DNA of 64,000 nucleotides, taken from contig JBLDXI010000025.1 of NCBI GenBank assembly GCA_047495785.1, forward strand, positions 1,178,001-1,242,000, in the 5' to 3' direction. A model generated the notes under the pieces. It saw only the letters and a program-made list of their open reading frames with translations. It was not told the DNA's origin and did no database searches. The translations under genes were made by a program, and so were the position numbers. The DNA comes from Lepidodermella squamata (taxonomy: Eukaryota > Animalia > Gastrotricha). Positions 35,249 through 48,300 of the stretch are shown piece by piece (within the stretch, counting starts at the first letter, position 1; every line of letters starts with the position of its first letter).

Positions 35249-37554
35249 TCATTGAATAGAACACACGGCGCTACTCTTATCCGAAGCCAACATCTGAGTC
35301 CGGTGCTTCAGGCCTTCTAGGTAAATTTCACGATCAAAAAAGCCGACCCCTACAGGTAACGCGTCCAGACCCGGCCGTAACTCAACGTCAAACACACCGA
35401 AAAGAGGTTTATGATCCGAAGTCTGAATCGCATCCACGCTTTGATAGGCTAAGCAAGTTACCGCATTTTTACGCCGGCTTCGAAAGACAATACGATCAGT
35501 ATATGACTGAATGCGTAATTTCGATGACGAGTCGTATTTACTCGTGCCTATGTCGAATTTATACGTAGGCATGAATCGAATTCTGCCCTCGTGGAAGCCG
35601 ATAAAAAGCCGCCCATTCGCCATTTCTTTGCTCATTTCGTCGTGGTCTAGCAGCAATTCGTAGCTGTTTGTTGAAGTCAAAGGTTCCTCTATTTCTTGCT
35701 GCGTAACCGGATGGATTGAGTTGGTTTTACCCATTGAAGCAGCTGTTATACCTTTGATCACTTCGTCGACATGACTACGCTGTTTCATCACTCGAAAATT
35801 GAAATCACCCATCCAAAAAACGCAGTCGAATTGAGCGGTAACGTCCCAATTTCCGACATCCCTAGGCGTTGGAGTCACATTACCGGAGTCTTCGCCAGAA
35901 ACTGGCCTTCTTTGGGCTGGAGAGCTGGGCAGAGTCGCTGATGCTACCCTTCGACTAAATAGGGAACTAGCGAAACTAGGAGCGTTTAGAGATGATAGCG
36001 GCCTTTGCCGCGATAACTCCTTTTTCGCAGCTTGACTTGGCGGTAACAGTTTCAATTCGGAAATGGCTCGTTTGTAATCTTCTACCCTAGCATCGACGTT
36101 ACCCTCGCCAGCCGAAAAGTGCGAATTGATAAACAGAAATGATGTCCCAAACACTTCAAACGAAACAGCTAAGCTACCCTTCGTTGCGATAGGCTGGGCG
36201 GGTTTCGGCGTTGAAACGCCTTCAACCGGTGCCGATGTATACCAGATAAGTTCCCGGCGAATGAAAATCGCTAAACCTAGAGCTCCTTGCGTAGGTGAGC
36301 TAATTAGGACGAAATTGTGGCCGAGTAACTCTTGCAATTTAACGAGCCAGCGCCGTCTATCACCAGAGCTTTCCTGCGTGCTGAAAGCGAAAATGTGGGG
36401 AGCAGCTGAGTTGAAATCTGAAGATGCGTAGTCTGGTATGACAAAACTTTCCAAATCAGCAGGAAGAGTCTAAGGAGAAACACAAATTAACAATTAAAAA
36501 AGCTGCACACTAAATTCTTTACCTTAGAAGCAGCCATGTTCCAAGTTCCAGCGTATACTCGGAGTAAACGATCTGGGAAGAAATATTCGAGCTCGGGTTT
36601 TGAGCCTAAGGATAATTGGCTGCCTAAACAGCCGACTAAATAGCTTCGAGTTCTCACATCACGGCTCGACAATTGACGAAGAAACGATTGCTGATTCACA
36701 TTTGTGAGGTCGCTGGCACTTGTAACTTTGGTCAGGGATTTCGATAGCTCCTCTGACAATGAGTGATTCGTTGATAGCGTTAAGCTCTAAGTATTGAATA
36801 ATCATTTTAATGCATAATGGCTGGCGTAGGAGCAACTTACATTCCGCGGAGAATTGGAACTCGATGTGAAAGCTTGTTTCAAATGGGCTGGAATAGGGCG
36901 AGGAGTAGTTTTCTTGGTGGGTTCTCCAATCGACTTTGGCGTTGCAGCCACATTCGAAAGACTGGTGGGAACGCTCGTCGTTGTAGTTGGCATGGACATC
37001 GCCAGCTTTGATGTTCCGTGTAGTTCTTTAGGCAGTCTTGAACGGCTTGAAGGTCGCGGGGAACCGGATGAAAGTAATTTTGTAGGATTAGATGGTAGCG
37101 TGGTATCTGCAGCAGCAGTAGCCAATACATCTTGCGAAGAGGCCAGACCATTAGGCGATTGAAGCTTGTCCTTTTCTGGCAAGGAAGGCTTAGGTTCAAC
37201 AACTAACGGCTGAGAACTGGAAGGAGTAATCGTTCCGAAGTTTTGCACAGGTTGCTGAATCAGGGAAGGATTTGAAAGAGAAGCCTTTAACGGAGGTAAC
37301 GGGCCTAATGGCGAACCATTGCCCAAGGAAGGCAATTTAGAGTCAGAAGCAAGCGCTTCGACTTTCCTAGGGATTTCAACTGCAGGTGAATCGATGCCTT
37401 TGTTCAAACCCGACGTTTGAGAATCAGTTTCGAGCAAAGTATCCTTCCCGTGAATATTCGCGGCCAGTCCGCGTTTTTTCTTCCGCCGACCTGACAAATC
37501 CTGACCGGATATAGAATGCTCATCGCTAGCAAGATCTTCGCTATCGTTGCTCAT
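35249..37554 (-). CDS. INPP5E: Ciliary phosphatidylinositol 5-phosphatase; exons 37554-36841, 36786-36523, 36469-35249
   Basis: YAGTWNM, FSTQE, TKGSLAVSF, FINSHF, VFWMGDFNFR, PTYKFD, SYTDRI and SDHKP motifs; FDREIYL ciliary-targeting motif; C-terminal CaaX CSIQ; long S/P-rich N terminus. Confidence 0.93.
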
Positions 37555-39378
37555 TTAGCTGAAGATGAATGATAGCCGTTTTCTAACAATTTAAAGATAT
37601 CGATGAATGCATGTCCATTTAGTTCGATAAACACCAGCATAATTCCTTTATGGCGAAGCGACCAGAAAAATTCCCAAGAGACATAGTTGCTTGATGAACT
37701 CGAGAATTACCAAACTCGAGCAGTGCGTAAGTAATCATCGTCATGGACGCTTTCCGGTTGCGCTGATGATTATCGTTATTGAATTATATTTATTTAGATC
37801 CCGGAAATTGCTGATAATAATGCCTTAAATTATTTGATTAAAAATTATGTAATTATGCAATTTTTCGGCAACTTTTTTAAAAAACCGAAAAATCGAAACT
37901 TGGAAAAATATGGATCTTAGGTACGCGTCTTATATTGACGTGTGACGTGTCTGGCATTCACCCTTTCTTGTTTTCTGTGTTTGCATACGAATATCTATTT
38001 TTTTGCGCTTAAAGTTTTTCAGTATCTCTAGGGTTGTCACTGAGCAAGAATCTTCGAGTTTTGGCTGACTGAAGGACATAATTATCGACCCGGACCCTAT
38101 ATTCTATACTTATTACCTTTTACTACCTCGCGCCTAGTACTTGGTGCATTTGGCGGCTTACTGGTGCGATGTTCCTCTTACTTTTATTTCTGTTAAGCAG
38201 CAACAGCTTATTTTCTACGCATCGCAAATCTTACTATCGAATATCCTACTCTGCATGGATTTAATTGTCGTTGGGCCTTGAGCCTTGATTGCAGAAATAG
38301 AGGGAGTTGGATTTAACAGTATTGGGCTCAGTGTGGCCAATGCTAGATGATACAAGGGTTGAACATCTATATAATTTTATTGATGCAGCTCAGACCGGTG
38401 AGAAATCAGTAGCCTCTTACCTCAACGGCTGCCGGCTGCTGTCCGCTTCAGGACTTATAATTAAGTCAACTGGTACCTTGTTTTATTTTCCGCTGTCCTC
38501 AAATGGTTAGTTGCTAGCAGAAGGATGTAGAAGTTTGCTGAATCTTTTAAGTTCATAGTTTAATTTTCAATTCGATTTATTGGGAAATATATGTGGATAT
38601 CTAATGGATATTTTAGATTTAAATTGGTCTTGTAAACATTGTCGACATGTTGTTCTGTGTACGATATCTTGATTTTCGTTCGACCAGCAAAGTAAGCCTT
38701 TCATCCTGGCAGTCGCTTGAAAAAACAGGCTACATCGGCGAAATTGTTAGCGTTTCCATTCATTTACTGTTATGTCGATTTTTTGCTGTTTTTTCCTCAG
38801 TTATTTTTATTCCACTTAGTAGTTCCGATGATCATCTCCAGTTTCAAGCAATTTTTTATGGTTATACGTTCTCACCACCTGTTATGCTCAGCTAAAATAA
38901 CACATGTACTTTTTTGTTCTGCGCGCATAATTTTGCGCCTCAGGCTATGTAATGTGCATCAGACACGATCTAGCCACACTCCCTTTACTTTTCGGCATAA
39001 CTTATTCCTAACATTAGTTATCTAGTTGGTAATCGCCCATGATTCTGACACTATACCATTTTTCAATGACCATATGATGTACTTGGTAATTGATGTCCTG
39101 CTGTCTGGCCAATATTTTTTATTTTATCGCTTGTTTTCATGTTTTTTTTCGTCCGGATCATTTAGGATTTTATAAACTTTTAATCTCACATCCGTTTTAC
39201 ATATTTAATGCCGATCGTGCTATGATTTACAGCCGGCAACAACAGGCTGCTGATGTGCTTTTCGCGATTTAAATTATTATTATTACTATTATAACGAGGA
39301 CGACGAGTCGGCTCAAGCATCTGCTGGTCTTTTCGCGACAACTGCACGCTTGTTTTAACACTGTTTTTACAAGCAGCC

Positions 39379-42300
39379 ATGGATCCGTTGGATAATCCCA
39401 CTGATAAACAGCAACTACCGTGCGAGAAACATGAACAAGACGACAACAACAAGAATAACGAGGAAGAAGAAATGTTATTAGTGCATCAGCAGCAGCAGCG
39501 AGTCGCGCCGGCCGACTTTCTTTGCGGTTGGCTCAATGCTTGGGGTGAGTTGATATAGCATTATAATACAGTAAAAATGGCCTAATAACGCCCGAGTAAT
39601 AAATAATAACACAGCTAAATGCGAGACACTGAGTGACGCGTCGTGTCGTTGATCCAATTTCCCAGAGCCCGTCTTCTTCTGCTACAACGAGAAGTAGTAG
39701 TAGAAGAAGGCGCGATCCGGCCGCTCTCTTTCGCTTGTTTATTTTACATTTCACGCGCGCATACTTTTGCGCGTGTCTCTTGTGGGCGCCTCTTGTTGTT
39801 GTTGTCCGGAACTGCGTCGGCAGTAGAATCGATATTGCTGCTCAATTGACCTGCTAAGCAGGCGTGCAATTAATTACACAGCGCTTTTTCGTTGTTTCGA
39901 CCGCCGCTGCTGCTGCTGCTGCTACGGCTCTTGATGATGATGAGCTAAACCTGCGGCCGGCATCGATTATTAGCCGCTGTTGTTTGATTATTATTCTTTC
40001 AATATAGGCCTAATCTAATTAGGCCAAGTGGCATCGGCTTGTGCTTTTAACGCCGCCACGTTTTGATGGAGAATAAGAAAACAATTGGTGAAGAGCACCG
40101 CTATACAAGCAACGTGTCAGGACATTCGATTTTTTTGCGCCAAAATTGGGTCCAGAATTAAATTAAATATTCGCAGCATTCATATAACAAAGATAGGAAA
40201 ATCGAATTTGTGGAAAACGAGAAAAAATGCGATAATTTAATCTAAGAATTATTTTAATCTTACGATTTATCGCCTTCTCTTCATCTTTAGACTATATATC
40301 ACGAGTAAAAAAGCGAATGATGCAAAAAGAAGGATATTACAAAATTTCCACAAAAATTATATGGAATCTCCTAAATTTCTACGATTTTCTTACCTAGATT
40401 TTACCGAGACATTGCTATTTCTCTTTAGAATTTTTTTATCAATCTGAAATTGCTGCAATTTCATTGAAAGTATGAAAATTAGTAGAGGACTTTGATCTTA
40501 TTTTGTATTTAAATCAGAGCTCCTGAATTTATATCAATTGACGGAAATTCTGACAACCTTGCAGCTAATTTTTTTGTATCAAAATTAATGATTTTTTATT
40601 AAATCTGTCGTGGGTGAAATCGAATGGAATAAAACGAAACGAGGTCCCTGCTAGAGGCTCTCAAATTAAGCAGATCGGAACAGGCCATCCGGCCAAAAAT
40701 AGACGGCTCGTTTTTTTCAATTTCCAATTCCAATTATTTTTCTGTTTACTTGAAGGCTTTCCATTTATTTACTCGGAAGATTTGTTGCTTTAGCTTTCGC
40801 TGTTTTGTCTGGTTTTGGTGGAACCCGAAACGCTGTGAATTAAAACTCGATGGTTTCTGATATTTCCACCTATAATTGAATTTCTAAGATCTTTTCATAG
40901 ATTCATGTCAAATTCTTCGTAAAATTGGGTTAAACAAGCAATGAAGCGGTTAATGGATCTGTGCCATTGTCCGCGGAACCAATAGTTTCCGTTTTCGGAG
41001 CGTATTTTCTCATTAAGCCAGCTGTTTTACTCACTTCATTTTCACGTCTGATATCAGCCGTACTCGATTTCACTCTGAGTCTAGCTCGATTACCTACTCT
41101 AGGTATACGTATGCATTAGCCGGCTGATTGTTATCTCATTAGCAACACCGGCGCCTTTTCGAGGCCGTGAACTCGAGCGCGCGTTTTATATCTCACCGCC
41201 GCGGCCTCTGAGTTTTAAATCGTCCGCTTTGATCGTCAATTTACGCACGCTTTTTGGCATGTTGTATAATAATAATAAATAATGCATGCAACAAGTGTAA
41301 TTGAGTGCGAGATGATGCGCGTATTGCCTTACGTGTTATCTATTTAATAAAGCCAGTCGAGAGATAATTGCGGTATTCGCAATATGCAACATTCATTTTC
41401 GGTTCCCGCTCGGCCTCATTGCGAGAAAACAGCAAGAGACGTGCCTGCCTAATGAAATGATGAATTGCCGGCACAAGACTATATAATAAGTAACCTGAAT
41501 AAATGTATGCATGCATATTTGCTCGTCCGAAACGCACCCGTGGTCATTTTCAGATGATAGATGACTGCTGAATACCAGAGCGCAGCCTTGCCTACCTCCT
41601 ACCGCCTACCTACCTAATGCTGTATAACTCACTCGGTGTAAACATTGTTTTTCGTGTGTGTGCTAGTACGGGGGCTGGCACGATTGCCGACCGGCCATTT
41701 TCGTTCGAGTGGCTATTCAAATAACGGTGACAGAAACACTTGTCGCGCTGTGACACCGGCTCGCTATGCCTAAAAGCAGGCCCTGCAAGTGACAGAAAAT
41801 CCGGCCCAGAATGCGGTGGATACCTTGCTAAAAGCGTTATTAGGCCATGAACTGACGGGATGACAAAAAAATATCCGGAGCCTTGAACTGATTGAAAAAA
41901 TGGAATTTTTCTGTATTTTTTTTTATAGCAATTGATGGATCGAAACCTGCGAATGAACTATTTACTGCCTCGGCGCCGGCGCCTTATTATCCGGACTGGG
42001 AGCCGTTGTTCGTTGTATTCTCGACTAAAACCGGCCAGCTTTCGCATTTTCTTACAGAGCAGGTAATTTAATCGATTTGAAACAACGTAAATCAACATTC
42101 TTCCATTTTCAACTTCGAAATCGAAATGGAAATAATTGTGTTTGAGATTGACTGAAATAACGACTGAGCATTGCCGTCTTGCGGAATGCGCTAAAGAATT
42201 GAAGAAATAGCACAGAGATCCCAACTTTGTACTTACACATTAGCTGAGCAGTATTTCGTATGAACGACAACATTTGATTGAAGAAATTTAAGCTCCGATT

Positions 42301-45300
42301 TCGGCCAAACATTGTTCATTGGAATTCGAAAATTTCTCTCGGATTGAGAAGTTGAGCTATTTTGAACATCCACGGAGCAGAGTTCCTTTTTATTTTCAAG
42401 GCTTTTTCATTCGACTGATGAGAAGTTGGAAATCAGAATCTGTCAATATTAGGAATGAGATCCTCTTATATGGGAGATTATGACATTTTTTAGCTTTTTC
42501 TAGTAGATTACGATTCATTGATTTTTTTGTAATCTGTCCCAATATATGGCTGTACTTGGTAGATTTAAACCCATAGCAAGCAGCACTTTGTTTTTGTAAG
42601 ATATCTAAAACCCCTACAAATATTGAGCATATTTCTAAATTCGAAAAATTGTGGGGAATATATAACAGTTTTACCATCCCTAACTGAGCTAATTTTCCTA
42701 TTACTGTCTTCCAGCCGCATGCGTTGAGGAACCTGAGGAAGTTTAGAAGGAACTAAGTAGTACTTGGTCAATTTTCAAAAATGGGTGAATTGAATTGTGC
42801 CAATTTTTCAGTCCTACTCATCACGGGCTATTATTTTGGCCAAGGCTTGATTTTTCTGATTTAACGTGCAATTAATAGTCCGGGTTGATAATATTTTTTT
42901 TCATTATGCTAAAATTTACGCCCCTCGGCGGAATTCTAATATTATCTAAGGAATTTCGGCGTGCAAAAATAGGTCGAAATTAGCCTAAGCCTTACATTGT
43001 ATACTAAATGTAGCGTGTCCAACAGTGCTGGATTAATGTGTTGTTCTTGATTATTTCAACAGTACGCGGAGGAGTTTTACCGTTTCACGGACAACGTGTC
43101 GCTGTTTAACCCGGCGGCGACGCGCGGCTCGTGCGGCGAAGAAGCCATGGCGGACGGGCTGCGGCCGGCCGTGACGCGGCGCCTCGACGGCGGCCGTACG
43201 CAGTTCATGGCGCGCTGGGGCTACGAATCGCTCGAAAATCTGCACACGCGTTTCGCGAAAACGACAAGCGGCAAGAATAAACTGGTCAGCTCAAATCAGG
43301 GTGCTTCAACTACAACTACGTCAGCTATTAGTCTCAGTCAGCAGCCGGCGAGTAGCAATCAAGTCAATCAGTTTTTCGATACGAGTAACTTCGATTGTGA
43401 GGACGATGCGAGTTTTGTTTACATGAACGATACGTTGAATACCGAGTTCGGTTGCGGCGACGAATCAAACAATCGTGAGTTTCTTTCATTCGAATTGTTT
43501 TTATAAATTTTCTCGGAATTCACCTAAAAATATATAGGTTTTACTACTTTTTTGAAGATTGTAAAGCCTACATGCAAAAATCTTGAATAATAGTTTTTAT
43601 TTTTTAATCGTAATTACTTGGAAAATTTGTTAGAACAATTGTAGAAACTTTGAACTAGTTTCTCAAATTTTAATGCCTAAACAAGACCTAAATTTTTGCG
43701 TTTCTAATAATTTTCGAGACGTGTCAGAAATTAAAGGAGTTTTCTATGATTATTCAAAATTTCTGTGCAATCAGCTACGATGTTCTAATGAAAAGAAATA
43801 TCCAGTTCTCAGGTCAAATTGATTTTGGGGCAATTCGTTGTGATTTTAACGATTTTTTCTACGTAAAGCTTTGACCAGTAATTTTTGCAACAAATGGTTG
43901 ATTTTCTCTGGAATTTATCCTCATTCGAAAGAAGTGCGTTTTCAATCCTTCATTCGCGGTTTTACAAAAGTTCAATTTGGGAAGAAAGATGGATTTTATC
44001 GGACAAAACTCGATTGTACATGATATTTTTAGCGGTTGGACCGGATTTTCTTGGTTTCTTATTTCTGTTGACAAGTTTTACAGTTTATTACCATTCTCAG
44101 GGCTACGATTTTCGGGAAACTTTAATCGTTGGTTCGCCATAAGAAAGCAAATTTTTAATTTTAGACTTTCTGTCGCTTTTTTTTCTTTCATTTGGTTGCG
44201 TTACTGTGAACACTCTAATATCTGTCCCAAATTTTTCCTCAGTCAAATTCAGGAGCAAAAATGACTTGATTTTGCTGAGAGTTGAGACGGTTCACTCTTA
44301 ATTCTAGTCATTATTATCAAGTATTTATTTCAGCCAAATATTATCCCGTATTTTTTCGTCATATTTGATCGGTCCTAAATTTTCAATCCCTGTTTATCGT
44401 CTGAAATGTAGCCCATTTATCGATAGATGTGTCCGGCGATTCTCGAAAGGCAATAAGCCGCCTCGTTTGTTTACCCATTGCCGAGTTAAATATGCAAATG
44501 AAGCGACAATAATATGTACCTAAACTTGAGCCGCAAATTTTTACAGCACTGGCCAGTCGTATTTTTGCGCGGCCGGCAGCGGCGGCTTTCAAGTGCCTAC
44601 AGCGCTTATTTGTAATTTGAGAAAGCGAGCGAGTGAGCGAGTTAAATAGAAAGTAAAATTTAATTTAATGCAGATATTGTCAGATTTTGAAAAATTGTAT
44701 TTGAATAGAGAGAGATAATTGCTCGCTATTATAATTTTGGCAGCCGTGATGAAAAAAAACTTGTCAAGTCATAAGTGGCCGGTCATCATCTTGATTAGAA
44801 ATTGAAAAGCCGCGGCGTAAAAAATAATAATAACAAAAATTACAACAGTAGTATTTAAAATGAAATGAAATACGTATTCTCGCGTTGAAATTCAGCACGC
44901 CAACATTTTTAGGTACACATGGCGTTTTCTCACTATAAGATACAGTAAACCCGTTGCTTATCGAGTGTTGTTTTTATGCCATCGTATCGTTTGTATATCA
45001 CTTTGTTACTAGAATGCGTCTCAGTTTCGCGCTGTCATAATATCATCTTCAAAGTAGCGTTTTTGTCCTTTTAACTTTGGCACGTCTCGAGTTGAAACGC
45101 CGCGAGATTGAGAGTATATGCCTGTTATCATCTCGCGTTGAAAATTTTTAATTTACACGAAAAAAATGCCATCAATTTGTCCGGCTATAAAGGTTAATAA
45201 CGATTTTGATCGTTTAGTTTTGAGCCAATCGGCGCGGATCAATCGAACACTTGCCGACGATAACGCCATGTTTGCGGCTGCTACGCCGTGTTGCGCGTCG

Positions 45301-48300
45301 ACGGCGCAGAAAACGAGTTCGTCGCAGCTGAGGCGCGACATTTCCTGCTCTATGGACGTGTTATTTGTGGCGAAAAATGCGCGAAATAGCGCGTCGAAGT
45401 TGGCGAGGACCGGCGAGGAAGATGGCGTGTGCGAAGCTGAGAAATCGCTGACATTTGGCCGCGCGGTTTTTACGCCGAAAACTGCCGAGCAGCCGCACGT
45501 TCGACGGCCGTCATTTCGCCATTTAAAGGTAATTTTTTTTGTTATAAATTTTATCGAGTCATGCTTCGAATTTTTGAATATTTTTAATATAATTTTTGCG
45601 AAATTTACGAAATTAGATGGCGATTATCAACTATTTTATTAACATTTTTATTAAAATTTTCTAGAGTTCTCAAATTCGGCGTTGGTTTCTGTGTAAATTA
45701 TCTAAATTTATACCCGAATTTGCCGGGAATTAGGAAAATTCTGCGAATCTCGTTATTGTTTTTTGGCTAATTTGTTTCACAAAAAGTATTCAGATTACTC
45801 GATTTTTAATCAATTTCATTTGAAATTCGAATTTTCAAAAATGTTCACATTTTTTATCTATTGCCTAAGTTTTTTATTTTCTATACCTTTGTGTACTAAA
45901 GCACCTAAATTTTTACTGGAGTTGTCGCGATTGCTCGCGAATCTTGAGCGTAATACCAAGTTTTGCCAGTTTTTCGATATCCTAATCACTCCATTTTTCC
46001 GCGCTCATCTCATCTGACCTTCTGCTCTTATCGTTATTTTGCAAGTTAAGGGACTGCCTAAGCGTTGTATGATTTCCTCCTTTTCTCACATTAACGGTCG
46101 CTCGTAAAACGCTCGTAAAATAGTAGTAAATTAGACGGTTATATTAGGAAATTGGAAAAGCATTTTATTGCTGAGCTCTATTATTATTTTTTGATGATGA
46201 GCTCAATTTCCGTTAGTCATAACTTGCTATTTCCAAATAAAAGATGGGGCTTATTAGAACGCCTTTTTCGTGGGCTGCATCAATCGTTTCGATGACGTCC
46301 AACTTTTAAATTATCTTCAAGTTTTTTCAGTTGTTGATGATTGGAAGAAAAAAAAGTGAACTAACTTGGCACAGTATTTTGTTGAGTCACGCTTCCAGGT
46401 ATTTACTCTTCGTATGTTAAACGTGCAGAATGCTTTCTGGGGATTAAATAGCTGAGTCAGTGGCTGGAAAGTAGCATTTATTTCTGCACGCTCTAACGAG
46501 CGCCCGGCCCCAAGCAATTTTGATACTGTTACTAAAAACTACAACAAAACCAGATGAGGAAAAAACTACGCACTTTCTCTCTTTCTCGTTGATTCTGATC
46601 TACAGCTGCTGTTCTGAAAGTATTAGGTTCTATTAAAAGCTGTACCGTGTTGTTGTCTGGTGGCTGTGCGAAAAAGGTAACAACTGCCAGTTTTCATTCG
46701 TATACATAATTGCATTATATATATATAAATCTGCCATTTTTGGCACGCGCGTGAAAACAGCGATGCTGATGCTTAATTGGCCGCGAAAAAACAAGTAACC
46801 TGTGTAATAAGCGAGTGTTTACGGCTTGAAGCGCGCCGGTTATGCGCGCCTAATTTGTTGAATGATGATCGGCATTAGTGCCACCGGTCTGCTTGCTTTT
46901 CGCGTATAATACCCACCAACACCACCACCCACCTTGCACTCTTCGAACAATATTTTATCTCTTTCCCGTTGAAAAATAGCTCCGAGGAATATATATTTTG
47001 CATTTTTAGGCGAAATTAGCGACTCTTGGGGGATAAATTATTGGCCATTTCTATTTATTTGTTGATCAAAGGGCGGCGGGTGATAAATGAATGGAAAATA
47101 AATGCGCTGGTCCCTTGGCGTGCCGCGAAACTCGAAACCCGGGTGCAAATTGGGCTCTCTAATGCAATAATATTCGGAAGTGGCTGTTGTATTTATTTAT
47201 AGTGTTAGTTGGTTGGTTTTATCCGCGCGAGTTAATAATTCATTCATTCATTCATTTAACACGCCAAGCATTTTGACGCCTGGGCCATCCATATACTCTA
47301 CTATATACTTCCGTTCAAGTTGTATAGAGAAGAATTGCGCAATTTTTAATTTATCCAAGTCACGTTTTGAATGGTGAAATGTTACGAATTTCGCTGAAAG
47401 ATGACGAGGAACTTGCTAGTTCACCTAAACGCAGCCGCCTTAAAACTACACATCCGTCGCTGTTGCTCGCCTGTTGCTGGTCGTCTGTCCAGGTATATTA
47501 CTTGTAATAAATTTACTCTATATATTGTTTGTGCCCGGCGGGGTGAGACGGTGTCCGCGCATCGTAATAACCAAGTGCACAATATATGACCGCTTTAACG
47601 CAATGAAATCTGACATTTTATGCCCTCTGATGAGATATTTTTACTTGGGCCTAGAAATTTCAACAACTCTCTCTCGCTCGTTTCGTCGCACAGCGTCTCG
47701 TGTGCACTCGTGTTTTGTCAACATATATTATATACCTTGTAATAATTCAACAAATAACAATCACTTTATTGCAGCTGCTGTTGCCGACTGACTGTATATG
47801 CCTAGGTGGTTGGCGACACTTTTACACCTTTTACTGCCACACTTTTACGTCTGCCTATCTTGTATAGTACAGCAGTTTTTGGCGGCGTTGCCTCGTAAAA
47901 TTTTGGCGTCCCTATTACGCCTGCTGTTGTTATTGCACTGCACTGCTGTTACAAGTGTGTACGTATTCAGGTATCTTTTAAATGACGATAGCCGTAGGCC
48001 AAGTTTCGTCATTTTCGAATAGCGTGTCTTTTCAAAAAATTTCGCCGCTCATTTTGTATTGATTCATCGACTTGTTTAGAAAATTTAACGTTCAATTTTT
48101 TTACTTTCGATTTTCAACGATCTGATTTTAATTTTAATTGTATCGTTGTACGCAATTTTCTTTTCTAACAATTGGCGAAAAATATCCCCGAAAATAATAG
48201 TTGCTATTTGTTCTAGCTGTAAACTAGCCAAATTTGAGCTTTAAAATGGTTAATTTTTTGTACTTTGGTTACAGTTCAAATTTAGGAGCGTTCAAGTTTT

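Noticed and set aside
37686-37699. Possible X-box GTTGCTTGATGAAC upstream of INPP5E
   Set aside because: Too many mismatches to the RFX consensus to call.
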